Source of the DNA: Octopus bimaculoides
Taxonomy: Eukaryota
Length of the DNA: 42,550 bases
Direction of reading: 5' to 3'
NCBI RefSeq assembly: GCF_001194135.2
Contig: NC_068981.1
Coordinates: forward strand, 48,438,619-48,481,168
Part shown: positions 25,613 through 38,489 of the stretch, one piece after another
Layout of the letters: each line of letters opens with the position of its first letter
Numbering within the stretch: position 1 is the first letter of the stretch
Notes under the pieces: model-generated
Database searches by the model: none
What the model was told of the DNA's origin: nothing
Seen by the model: the letters and a program-made list of their open reading frames with translations, nothing else
Translations under genes and position numbers: made by a program

Positions 25613-25780
25613 CTTAAGTAGGCGATGGTGTTACTGTACCTGAAGAGGTTTTATTCTCAACAACATAGTACCAGGTTCATTCATATTGTGACGAAACTTG
25701 AGCACGTATGTTGCAATGTAGTGACAATCCGATGAAAGTCTATGAGTGGATATGTAAGGCGAAAAGAAAAAGATACCTTT

Positions 25781-25782
<2 letters not shown>

Positions 25783-25837
<55 letters not shown>

Positions 25838-25932
25838 TTACATACGCACACTCAAAACATGTATGCAAATAATTAAAGACACGCACATATATACATATAT
25901 ATATATGTATATATATATCTATATATATATAT

Positions 25933-25965
<33 letters not shown>
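25783..25965. repeat. (CA)n/(TA)n compound microsatellite
   Basis: Seen directly. Confidence 0.95.
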
Positions 25966-25968
<3 letters not shown>

Positions 25969-26269
25969 GCTGCCCTCCCAAAAAGTATACACACTTTAAA
26001 TGAATGCAAAGTGTGCGCATGTGTATATATTGACATGCGCGCTTAAACCTTAAACGTATGTAGAAAAATAAATGATAATACATTTAAGTAAATTGAAAGA
26101 TTTATCCGTTAAAAGAAAGTATCTATTAAAGTAACTGTATATTTATGCAAAAAAAGGACCTTTTGTTCCATACAAAACAAACTGTCATAGCTTTGTGCGC
26201 CGCGTAACCCTATAAGCACTATTCCACAGCACTCCATCTGCATCTAATGAAGAGGATTGCATTACCGAC

Positions 26270-26570
26270 CTCGGCTGCCAGTTCCAAGAAGTTGATCTAT
26301 CCTCGGGCATCTGTCAACGTGTTGTGGACCGATTTAACTTTCGCAGGTGTCCCCAACATCTGAACATCCCGCCAGCTGAACTCTCGGCCCTTCGATATCT
26401 CCGACGCCACAAAGACATTATCATAAAACTGGCCGACAAGGGTGGAGCAATGGTGGTGTTGTGCGCAGACCTCTACAAGTCTTAAGCTTTCCGCCAACCT
26501 CAAGATGCCTCTGACCCCAACCCCACCACTAGCTACTAACAGACTGTGTCCTCCATTATCCATGACGTTA
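26270..26570 (+). mobile_element. Penelope-like element reverse-transcriptase N-terminal fragment (pseudogene)
   Basis: Single frame from 26282: ..NIPPAELSALRYLRRHKDIIIKLADKGGAMVVLCADLYKS*AFRQ..DPNPTTSY*QTVSSIIHD, containing the PLE IIIKxADKGxxxVV motif. Two in-frame stops. Confidence 0.85.
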
Positions 26571-26941
26571 GCGGGTGAGTTTAACCAACATGTCTTGGGA
26601 GTGGCCATGGAAACGAGAATGAGTATATATACTTATATATTTTGGCGAATGTGTGGGTGAGTATGTGTACGTCTCAAATGAGGGTGGATGAGTATATGCA
26701 TATAGGCGCATGTACATGGGTGTGCGGGCGTGCATGTGTATGTATTGACATGCGCGCTTTCGCGATTGCCATGAGCATTTTTACTCCCTCCCCTTACTTA
26801 GCGGTCATTCTAATAGCTCTTTTGTCTTAATAACGGTCAATCACACAGTAATTCCCCTTTGTTTGTTTCGATGGCCCGATAACTGAAGAGATACCGGTGT
26901 GGGTTTCTGCCCCACGCCAGTGTATGCATATATGTGTGTAT

Positions 26942-27242
26942 NNNNNNNNNNNNNNNNNNNNNNNNNNNNNNNNNNNNNNNNNNNNNNNNNNNNNNNNNNN
27001 NNNNNNNNNNNNNNNNNNNNNNNNNNNNNNNNNNNNNNNNNNNNNNNNNNNNNNNNNNNNNNNNNNNNNNNNNNNNNNNNNNNNNNNNNNNNNNNNNNNN
27101 NNNNNNNNNNNNNNNNNNNNNNNNNNNNNNNNNNNNNNNNNNNNNNNNNNNNNNNNNNNNNNNNNNNNNNNNNNNNNNNNNNNNNNNNNNNNNNNNNNNN
27201 NNNNNNNNNNNNNNNNNNNNNNNNNNNNNNNNNNNNNNNNNN
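26942..27242. other. Assembly gap
   Basis: Run of N. Confidence 1.
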
Positions 27243-27944
27243 TGGGGGGTGTATGTGCATGCGTGTGCGTATGTGTGTAGAGCGGGTGAGAGGAATGAGA
27301 AAGGAAGGACGTGTATGCACAAGAAAGAAATATCACTTCACCATTAATATTTCTGTCCGTTTGCACATAGTAAAACATCTCTGCTCCGAGCCTCTAAATA
27401 TGCTTTCAATCTGATGATAACATGAAAAATTAACAGTGACAACCTTTGTAAAGTTAGTATTAGCTTTCTGCGAAACAAACATATATTTTAGGCTATGAAA
27501 TATGAAAGTAAAATGAAAATATGGAAAGATGAATCCTTGGAAATGGAATATAAATAGACAGCCATATGTTGTTGATATAACTGGATTTTGATTGTAATAT
27601 AAGAAAACACCGTAAAGCCATCGATAAAGCTGTCTGTGAAGGAATCTGATGTATATTTGACAAAGTTACAGATGAACTGATATTGAGTTGGCGAACAGTG
27701 TTAAATGAAGAGGTAGTGAATGGATAAACAACGTAAACCACGGCAGAGAAGCAAATCTCTTGATTGGCAGTGAAATGAAATATAAATATATTTCGAGGAA
27801 AGTAGTGATGAATAAAGTCTAGAAAAATACTTTATTTAATGGTACTGTATATATTTATTTAGAGATGCAGTTAGAATACAAATTGGCTCACATTCTCATT
27901 TGTCACATTTTTAGAAATAAGTTGAAATGCACACACATATTTAT

Positions 27945-28152
27945 TTCAAATTTTAGCACAAAGCCAGCAAGCTCGTGCAAGTAGGCTATTCGATTACATC
28001 GTCCACAGCACTCTACCGGTACCTGTTTTATAGACGCGAAAGGTTGAAAGGCAAAATCTACTTCGCTTGAATTTGAACTGAGATTGGAATGACGGACGAA
28101 ATATCGCCACACATTCTGCCATGCGCGCTAACGATGCTTCCACCTCGCTGCG
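27945..28152 (-). mobile_element. Older, diverged copy of the tRNA-derived octopus SINE
   Basis: Minus strand has A-box-like TGGAAGCATCGTTAG (28128-28142) and B-box AGTTCAAATTC (28069-28079). The body aligns by eye with the 3651-3850 copy (GACGGACGAAAT, GAAAGG..AAAGGCAAA). Confidence 0.7.
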
Positions 28153-30149
28153 TTCATCCATGCAAACATTATATACGCGTGGAACGCTAAGTGGCATCAA
28201 TTTGGGACACTTGTCCAACAGAGATGTAAAACATACATGTACATATACACCTATATGCTTTACACTAATAAAGCATCTAAGAGAATCTTCTACATTCATA
28301 CGTGCCCACTAAGTAACGATAAGATATTCTTATTGAATTCACGTTTCAACGTGTTTAATTTTCACGTAGACAAACGTACAGGTACAAATAAATGTACTTT
28401 TTCATCATATCTCCTTCCCCTTACAGTACAAACAACATATTTCATCTTTTATAATTTTATCATACTTCTTTTACGTTTCTCCATTTTCTTTTTCTTTTAG
28501 TCATTTTACTTTTCATACATTTCTAGTTTTGAATCGTTTTCTATGTTGAAATATTAAGTCTTTCCTTTAATCATTTTTTCAGTATGAGCCACAGTTTGGT
28601 AACTCTTTGCTTCATAGAAGAAAAATTGACCTGATATTATTCATTGAATTAATTTATTCTTTAGATTATTAAATCGATGTCAAAGAAACTGAGAATGTAT
28701 TATAAATAAAATTGCCCTTCACTTACCACTTTCCCGTCCTCCATTAATGTGAGTTGTATAAATACTTATATCTACGCATTTTCTCTCTTTCAGGCAAATT
28801 TGAACAAAAACGTCAGACGTTTTTCAATTTCATTCCACACGCGCGTACACCTCTGTTATTGTTCACCCTGTGTTACAATCGTTTCCTACCTCTGCCGTAT
28901 AACATTAAAATTGTACCATAATGATGTTTTCTGTCACTTAGATTTTCACCTAACACTTACTGTTTCATCTACCTTCTATATCTTCAAGTTCAGCTTCACA
29001 GTAACTCACAAGTCGAATCAAACCGTTTTCCGCTTATATTTCCACCGGCTTTGTACTGTCATAGGACTCTATACCCATACACATCGGCTTACTTATTCAT
29101 GCCATAGCCATCTTCGCCTTCTTCTAAATCCACAAATCGGCAGCTATTTTCTTTATGAAATGCTCTTCCTGTCTTCCATTTAACAAATGTCATCCCATTC
29201 CTCGCTTACGCGATCACTTTCTTCCATTTTGTGACTCCAAATCCACCAACTTCAATTACTTCCTGAAAGCATAAATACATGTCCTTCTCATATCTGCCTA
29301 CTCCACGCGTATACTTATTCTCCCTGTATCTACCAAAGCCATAAGGATATTACTACCTACTCCTCTCATCCCTACACACTTTAGATACTGCGCAAAACTG
29401 CAAAATAGGACGGTCGTTGTTTGATAGGGTCCTCCGGTTCATACTCTTCACTCAATGGATTGAATACCTCTACGATCATACACTTCTTGCTTGTTTTAAA
29501 TTGTATTTAATGTCTAAAGTATTCTCCAGCAGTATAAAGTACTCCCTAGTGTTACTGAGACATGTTCTTCGATCTGTGTAACTTGCTACATGTACGATAT
29601 AATTTGACATTATGTGCTTGTTCGCAAAATCTTTCAACTACGTAGTGCACCCGCTTTAACATACAAAATCAGGTGCAACGCCTGTTTATGATCCAGGCGG
29701 CTTCTTCAAATTCAAACAGCAATAGATTACTAGGTCCCTGTCTTGGGTCTATGAGTCACTAAGATTTATAAAGTTGACGTTCAGCATATCTTGCAGAAAA
29801 CTACCCTACACTAACAGTGTCACCTACCAACTTTCACATGCCTACGTTTCTTCTCTACGAACTATAATCTCTGTGCCTCCAAATCTCCTAAATATATATT
29901 CTCCACTAAATACAACGCAAAAAAATCCCGCAGACGCCATCGCTTCTTGTTGAGACTGCTCCACTGAAATGATTTTAAAATATGTCGGATTAATTCTTTT
30001 GTTCTCATTACTACTACCCTCATGACATAGTCAAGACGCTTTCGAATGCACCTTCTCTATAGACAAATCTCTTTTTAATACAATCCTCAGAAAGACAGTC
30101 TTTTCTCACTCCACTTCTACAGCAATACTGATCTTAGTAGCAACAACAT

Positions 30150-32640
30150 TCTTCGATTTACCATTTTTACCATTTTTCACGGCAATGCGCTAAATCTTCT
30201 GAGTTGTCAACTAGAACGTTTATCTTATTCAATCCTGCCTGCAGACAGTCTTTGTTCCTCATCTTTGGTATGTTGTACGGACACTTACCTGTCACCAATC
30301 CTCCATAAAAAAAAGTTGTTTAGGCATTCTGTTGTCTGTCATTCTGACTAAGTGCCCACTCCATCTCAATCTGAACTGCAATAGCAAAGCTTCGATACTG
30401 AAGCATTTCCCTCTTTAAAGTAGGTCATTGTCACTCACAAACATTTTCCAGCTGATCCTCAAAATCCTTCTGTGACATTGCTGATGGAAATTTCCGTACG
30501 TTGTAAGTGCTTACGACACACTGTACAAGTTTCGCAAGCATACAACAAAGAGGTTAAGATACATTTACTGTATATCTCGATCTTTGTCGCAGTGGAAATA
30601 ATATGTCTATACCATAGGCAGTCTTCCAGTTTGCTAAAAGCAAAACTGGCTTTCTGAATGCGTAGTGACACTTCTATGTATGGCTTTCCAGTCCTGGCTG
30701 AAACATGACAACACTTTTGGTAAGATTTATTGATAAGCCAAGTGCCTCAAAATCCATTGAAATTGCATTCATAATATTTTGCATGCCCTCCTCAGTATAT
30801 GTGACAATATCACAATCATCTGCATAGATGAGGTCTCTAATAAGAGATGAGGACGTTCTTCATTCGGCTGACAATCTCCTGAAGTTAAAGAATTTTTCTG
30901 CTGTGTGATATCTAATAGATATGCCTTCATAGAATCCTTTGAATGCCAATTGAAAGACTATAGTAAAATAGAGCGTAAAGAGACTGGGTGCTAGTATGTC
31001 ACATTATTTTACCCCATTGATGACAGATATAGGCTCCGAGAACTTGCCACATATGTTGAACGTTACTTTCATGCCATCAGGAAACTGCTTCAGAATAGTG
31101 AGAATATTTATCGGGCACCCAGTCGCCTCAAGATCTCCCAAAAACATTCGGCTAACTGAGTCAAAAGCCTCAGTGAATACCTGATTAAGTCCTATTTGCT
31201 GTTACATACTCTCTTCCTGTAACTGCCGTGCAGGGAAGATCATGTCAACAGTAACCCTACCACTTTCATTCCACTCTGTGATTCAGGAAGAATCTCATTA
31301 GACACAGATATCTGCAACCTGCCCAATATTAATGGCGATAAAACTCTGCAGGCAGGCAAATACCACGAAAGTCATTGCATTCACCCTTTTGTCCCTTAAC
31401 CTTGAATACAACTTCTATGACTGCATCCTTCCAGTCTTTTGGTATGACGTCAATTTTCCATATCTTCTGTATTACAACTATCAGCATTTCTAGCAAGTAG
31501 TACCCCTAAACTTAAATAGTTCTGCATTCAGACTATCAACACCCGGTGCTTTTCCATAGTTCAGCATTGATACTGCTTTTATTGTTTTCTCGACTGACGG
31601 GGTAACATCTAAGCACTCAGTGGGTACATTCTGTGGAAATATGTGAATATATTTTCAATCAACAATTCCTGGTCGATTCAGAAGTTCATTAAAATATTCT
31701 TCCCATCGTTTTAAGATGGGGTTGGGCTGCCTCAATAAAATATCATTCCTATTCTTCACATGAGCCAAAGTAGAACATGATGGTCCATACACTTCCCGAA
31801 GGTGCGTATATAATAACTTAATGATCTTAACATCGGAAGCAGCTTCCATCTCTTCTTTCTGCCATCAACAAATATTCTGCATGCTTCGTATCTTTCTATG
31901 CACATCTACGCTTATCACTTTGAAATAATAGCTTTATTTTGGTCAGAATCATTTGCTGGTAATGAATGCAATGTCTTTCGTTCGACTTCCAACAAATGCT
32001 GAATATTTCCATCACTTTCATCAAACCAATCTTGATTTTTTTTCTTCTCCTGTACTCCTAATACTAATTTACTTAAACTGTATAGCTGTCGTCTGAAATT
32101 CATCCACTCATCTGTCAAATGCAAATTTTCGATTTTATGCTGAAATTCTACTCTAACTGTTTTCTCCTTAATGAGATTCACGGTCAGACGCTTAAGGAGG
32201 CCATAGTCACTTTGTCTACATTTTGGCTTAATTGCAGACTTGATCTTCCCACGAACCAAGCGATGTTCTGTCCAACATTCTGCTCCCCGCATGACCCGCA
32301 CTATACATTAATTTCTCTTATCTCCCTTTCTAGTTATCATAGAGTCTATCAGGTACCATTGTTTAGAACCGGGGTGCATCCATGTAGTTTTTAACTTATC
32401 ATTTTTTTTGCTGAAAAGCAGTGCTCATAATAAATATATTCAGCTTAAAACACATCTGTAATAAACGTAAGCCATTTCTGTTAAGATTTTCCACTTCGTG
32501 TCTTCCAACCACACCCCATGTCTCATGATCTTTATACCAACTCTAGCATTAAAATCGCCCAATATGATAATATTTTCCTCGTGTGGAATATTACGGATAT
32601 TTTCTTTCAGCACATCATAAAAAGAGAGCTTTTCATTGAA
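30150..32640 (-). mobile_element. RTE-clade LINE (APE endonuclease plus RT), decayed and 5'-truncated
   Basis: ILGDFNARVG and VMRGAECWTEHRLVR (APE), NQDWFDE, LKRWEEYFNELLN, DMIFPARQLQE, NGVK*..LAPSLF, YADD at 30815-30826, SLRIQKAS..TSLLYACET, LRWSGHLVRM..RMPKQL. Many stops and frameshifts. Confidence 0.92.
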
Positions 32641-32647
32641 CACGTAG

Positions 32648-32735
32648 ATACATACATACATACATACATACATACATACATGCATGCATGCATGCATACA
32701 TACATACATGCATATATACGTACGTACGTACATTC
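32648..32735. repeat. (CATA)n/(CATG)n/(CGTA)n microsatellite
   Basis: Seen directly, between the RTE and the Dong-like fragment. Confidence 0.95.
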
Positions 32736-32744
32736 ATAAAAACC

Positions 32745-33250
32745 TCAATAAAATGTACACACAACATAGCTGATATAATCATTTGGGATATAGAAGAGGA
32801 ACTATGTACAGTTGTGGAAAGTAGATGCCCTGCGGATGTTAACAAGGTCTCGTTTATCAATCTAATTATTGGAGCCCTGGGATATTTAGCGCACTGCCTA
32901 AATACCAATCTTCACGAATTAGGATTCTCAAGACCAGAAAGGAGAAAGCTAATCTAAACACTACAGACCCCATCTATCACTGGAACTGTAATTGTCTATA
33001 AAACGGACCAGAAATTTATGATGTCAATATATATGAGCATCTCTAGATATGCAACTATATGCATGAGAATACATGCATGAAACAAAACGTACAACTCTAC
33101 ACATATACATACATACAAGCATACTAGCAAAAATGCCCTGTTGATGATGTTGAAATTCCAATGAAGGAGCTTTGCATCTATGATAGAAACCGATTCTTTC
33201 TCTATTGGCAAGACATCTTGAAATAAAACTGAACAATGACATACATACGC
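32745..33250 (+). mobile_element. R4/Dong-like LINE 3' fragment (RLE domain, 3' UTR, ACAT tail)
   Basis: KCTHNIADIIIWDIEEELCTVVESRCPADVN|KVSFINLIIGALGYLAHCLNTNLHELGF fits the PD..IIEISCPAD..IIIGALG RLE motifs. Ends AATAAAACTGAACAATGACATACATAC. Confidence 0.8.
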
Positions 33251-34899
33251 CTCATTTCTTGTACAGATGCTGCACCTTTCAGCCAAAAAATACAAACACT
33301 AATTTCGCTGACGAAATAATACAAGCCGGTACTGCAGCAAGGCCAAAAGCTGAAAGACGTAACTGAATCAAATTAAGATTACTGACTCATTAACTTAATG
33401 CACCCAAGCAACATGAGTCAATTCCATTTGCAAATGCACGAATCATATTTAGTACATTAAATTCCAATAAACAAATCGGCTTACACGGAACAGCATGTTA
33501 CCGATATTTAACCTCAACTGTCAATCTATATTTCTGCTCAATTAAACATAACACTAAGTACATCACTTTACTATCTTTTTTCTATCACACACCAGATAAC
33601 AAGCCTCTATATATGGCAGGAACAATTTATCTGCCACATTTAGACTTCCAAAGTGAAATGCTTGTATACGGGCATACTGCTGTGTACAATGTCTAGTCGT
33701 AATATGTGTTTAATTCCAAGGAAATTGCATAGTTGAATATTTAGCAATATATCAACGTTCTGAGAGAAAATTGAAGTAACACTTTCTCCTTTTACTATGT
33801 GATGCATATATACAGTTCATTCGCTTAGTCTCTTTACGTCGTATAGGCATTATATCATCACATCTCAGCGAATAGATAATGTTTACAGCAGCTAACATGC
33901 ATTTAAAGTGTACTGTTATAATATTCCTTAGTCATAAGATCAGTCTCAAAATTTATTTCTTTTCATTTCTAAAACAGATATTAAGTACCATTTACAATAT
34001 ATTTGCAGTATTCCATGTTCTGTTCTGGAAATTCTTCACATGACAAATAGCTGACTCCAACAATTGCTTTACATATTTTTTGGTTGAACGAAAAACTGTA
34101 TTTTGTTAAGTAACCACTGGCGAATTGAATAGACAACAAAATGTCTAAATAACTTAAGGTGTATCTACTTATGGTATATATTCAGTAATTTCTTTACATG
34201 GTATATTTAAAATCCAATCATCCTGGCCTTAGGCTTTCATTTGAGACGCAGTCTACATTTTTGTTTAATTCATATACCGAAAAATTATAAGAAAAGCTTA
34301 TCTGTTGAGTGGCTTCTAAAATTTTCAGTATTATGTTTTCAGGAATAGATTATATCAGAGACGTGAGAGAATATTTTAAACTTATTACCTGATAAAATGT
34401 AGAATATATAAACGACCGATATTGCAATGAATATTATAAAAATAGGTTTTGGAGAAATTAAATAGTACAAAATTACAAGCGTTGCATGTAACGTATTTGG
34501 CGGGTGTGTATGAAAGTAGAATTTAGTGTCGGTAGGGTTCGATCTCAGGAAAGAGAACGTCAAGACAAAACACTACAAAGCTGGTAACTCAAACATTCCT
34601 GGCTATCAGACCGAAATAAATGCAGAAATTATATTAGAAAAGCATTCTAACATTTCTTCCGATACAATCATCTGCATCTTACTATTTCATGTTTTCCATC
34701 AGTATATAATAGATGAATAGCTATGTAAGAAATCCTGTTAACGACTGAGCTGTGAAACAAACACTTGTACTGTACAAGCTTCCTTGTGAACAAACCAATG
34801 GCGCGTGAAAATTGCTTAATGTAGCATTACCGGTTCATTCGCATTAATCCCGCGATGATTGTTGATGTTTTTCTATTGATTGTGATACTTATGTTGCCG

Positions 34900-35100
34900 T
34901 TTGTGTTGTTGGTTATAGTTTGTCTTGTTGTTGTCGGTTTTTTTTTCTCTTGCTCTGGATGATGTTGTTGTTGGTGATAATGATGATGATGATGATGATG
35001 ATGATAAACGCTAGTGCCAACAACATCCCGTAAACGCCTACGGTTATGATGGTGATTTTGATAATACGGATGATAAAAATTAATATACTTGCCATGATAT
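34900..35100. repeat. Degenerate (TTG)/(GAT)n trinucleotide field
   Basis: Seen directly. Confidence 0.8.
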
Positions 35101-36029
35101 GTTGCTGGGAAATGCTGCTAATTTTTATTTGTTAATAATCTAAAGAAACATATAGCAAGGCAATCAACGTTTCGGTGCATATGAGCGTTCATAAAACTAG
35201 ATATTGTAACCACATTGCATATAAGGTCTAGCTTTATATATTTATCTGGACCCTCATGTTTTCTTAATGACGACCTTTTTTTCTTTCAGCCTAATGTATT
35301 AGTGTTCAGCGTGTATGATGGCCTCCTTATTGTTCTTTCTATGGCTCTACGTGACTCATTTGCTATTCTGTGTAGATCAATGCTGAAGGGCATTAATATT
35401 GATGTCTGGTTGCTAATAAAATATCAGGAAAAGAGAAACAAAGCTTTTCTTTCAGGTTTATTTCTTGGTATTTTGTTTCTTTCATCGTTCATACATGAAA
35501 CTTCATAATGCTAACTCTACCGTAAAAAAGCTATACATATGCGTGCAGGTGCGCGTGTATATGAGTGCCATTCTGTGTGCGTATATGGATTGCATACGTT
35601 TGCGTGTGTATAAATATGTGCATGCATATACATACACATGAACATCACGCATATGTGTGGGATGTTCTGTGCGCGTGTCCATATATACATACATTTATAT
35701 ATCTTTTATCTTTTTACATGCGTTAGTCATTAAAATATGGCCATACTGGGGTACCTCTCTGAGAGTCCAGCAGTATACATACGTTTCGAGCAATGACCCT
35801 TTAAGAACTGGTTGAAAGCTGTGATTATGGATTACCATGTATGGAAACAATGTAGTTCCACAGATGAACAGGTATAAAGAGAGCGGGAGAATGAGAATAT
35901 GGTTAGATATGTGGCCGTTACTGACAAGCAATGTGTTAAATATTGTAGTGACGCAACAGTTGCTGAGAAACAGATCGAAGTATTTTGCGCAAGGCACTGA
36001 ATATTATATTGCCCTTACGTTACAGTAAT

Positions 36030-36735
36030 TCTACAATCCTTTGTGAAAAATCCTCATTTTCGTCTAGTTAATAATGAAGATCTGATGAATAAATTATCTA
36101 CCTACCACTTTCAACCATTCTCCATCAACTCATTAATCAGCAATTTTGTCTCACAATTCAAAGTATATAAAGATCCATCTTCAAAATTCTTACCAACCAT
36201 ATTTTTACTTACAATTTAAAGCAATCACCTCATCGAAATATAGAATACATTACCGTCTCCTCTACGTAAGAGCCTTAGGTAAAATTGAAACCTTTTCTTC
36301 TTTCCGACAAGCATGAAGGAACTTTGCATCGCTGCTTATGAAGCTGGCAACAGCTAAGTATTCAGACTCTGCAATAAAAACGACCTGTTACGATCGTCCA
36401 CGATGGCAAATCTTAAACAAGATCAACGCCCACCATCTTAGCCAATTCATAACCTCAGAAAATGCGTATCCAATAAAATATCATTAGAAAACATACTAAA
36501 TTTCCTTCTTGCACACAAGGAAATCACACAAAACTACTGAATAGTTTTGACAGACACTTTAAGCTTTCTGGATTCTCTCTCCATTTGTTGAGACATTCCT
36601 ACCAACAATACTTGTTCATATACGCACGTATCTGACGGAATTTTCTAGATACGCTACCAACTACACCTTGGATAAATGAAATAAAGCATAATCATTTTCA
36701 AGCCCCATCTAAAGCCTCTAAAGATATGGTTCAGG
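36030..36735 (+). mobile_element. Possible decayed L1/Tx1-like LINE 3' end
   Basis: A/C-rich strand with fragments KIETF, RLCNKND..LLRS..WQIL (decayed zinc-knuckle-like) and PWINEIK, followed by a trinucleotide tail. The match is weak. Confidence 0.3.
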
Positions 36736-36741
36736 ATAATT

Positions 36742-36803
36742 ATGATGATGATGGTGGTGGTGATGGTGGTGGTGGTGGTGGTGGTGGTAGTGGTGGTGGT
36801 GGC
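36742..36803. repeat. (GAT)n/(GGT)n microsatellite
   Basis: Seen directly. Confidence 0.95.
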
Positions 36804-38489
36804 CTGGAACGTTTAGCAGAAAGACTAAGAAGGAAATTCTTGAGATAATACAGGGTATGTTAAACAAATGAGAACGGTAACGGATTGCTCAATATTAATC
36901 AAAAATCATCGGGATTAAAAACAAAGAATGTATTGTTACAAACATTGACAAAATGTGTGTCCATAACCAAATAAATAATACTCGTTAACATCTATTTTTA
37001 TTTTCAATAACAATCAATTTGGAAACCATACTATGGTACTTTAACAACATTCAGCATAATTAAGGATTTAAAAGTCAGGGAACTTAGTTTTAGCCACTGT
37101 TTGTACTTGTGAAACGTTAGATTTAATAATAAGACAGCAACAACAACAAAACAAGACAAATTTGGCTGTCATAATCTAAATTGCAGCAGAAGCAGAAGCC
37201 AATATGGTCAGGAAAAATAAAATTGGATTAGCAGAATCCTCTGTAGCCACAGAGGAAAGTGAAGTCTCCCACAACTCCACACAAATAGCAGTATCAAAGC
37301 CTAAAAATTTAGTATGGTAAACTAAAATCCACAAATTGATAGAAAACATAGTATCAGTACCACAAAACAAGAAAGAAAAAAAACTACAGAAAAATAGAAA
37401 TAATTAAACAAGATGTCTCAGCCACAAAAGAACATCTAATAGAAGATATCCTCACCAAAGCACAAAAAATCTGTCGGATTAAAAATCCCAAGTATCTTTT
37501 AGTCATTAAGCAATTTAACTCAAACTACAAACGATTCAAACAAGAACTAGGTAACCAAAATTGGAGATGAATGCAGTACTAGTAGTAGGAGAAACTGAAT
37601 AATTTTGAAAAGTGGTATGAACGCCGAAGAAACTACCCTAGAAAAAGATCAATTAAGACAACAAACAGAAACTGAACTCTGAGCACACATAACAACAACA
37701 CGGTCGGCCACCAATACTTGGCGGCTGTTTTCCCGCCGGACAGTTTCAGTCCTGTTTCCCGTGAATGTAAAGCAACATGGATTGTGTAGTTCGTGTGAAT
37801 AGTTAAGTACGAGAGTAATTCAGAAACATGCGCTGTCTCCATCAAGGATCTATGCTCTAATCTCTTCCATATGTACTGACTCAAGATCCACTAATGCGGA
37901 ATTTGGAGGCTTTGAGAGTAATACCCCGCGACGAAGAACGTGAGAGAACCACGTTGGCATACGCCGACGAAGTAAATTGGACCACAAGTTACCGAGAAAA
38001 GCGATTTTTTCGGGTACCTTTGTAAGTCGACAACACGGCGTATAACGCCAAACGACTAACAAGCAAGCCTGTGTTATTGAGCAGAATATTTACTGTAGCC
38101 CATGTTTTATACCAAAACAAAACAGCGTACATGATAACACTTCCAATCATTTAAGATCAGAAGCCATGAGAACCACTGTCTGTTACTGCATCAAGGCATT
38201 TATTATTATTATATGTTTGACTTTTGCTTTGTATTTATACAAGTTGATTACAAGATTCACCCAGTGATCTCAAGAGACAACATTTCAACAGTTCAAATTG
38301 GTACCTAGAGCGCCATACACTTGGCTTTGTACAGAGCATTGTTCAAGAGAATGCCAGTCAAAACAAAAGTAAATTAGAATGTTTCTTTTTTTTTGTAATG
38401 ATTATAAGATGATAGTACGATGGAAAGATGATAATAAAAGTTGCTTGCCCTTACGCACATTTAAAAGTATTTTGACGCTCTTTACGGAT

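Noticed and set aside
25640-25712. Second CTGAAGA..CGAAAC pair as a hammerhead
   Set aside because: I could not form stems I and II around the core.
28749-29183. 144-aa ORF with an apparent 45-nt GT-AG intron (28749-28793)
   Set aside because: The intron is very short, the strand is generally pyrimidine-rich so acceptors arise by chance, and the protein has no recognisable motif.
35160-35205. Minus-strand TTTATGA..CCGAAACGTT as a minimal hammerhead
   Set aside because: The CUGANGA core has two mismatches, there is no stem I, and no PLE ORF is adjacent.
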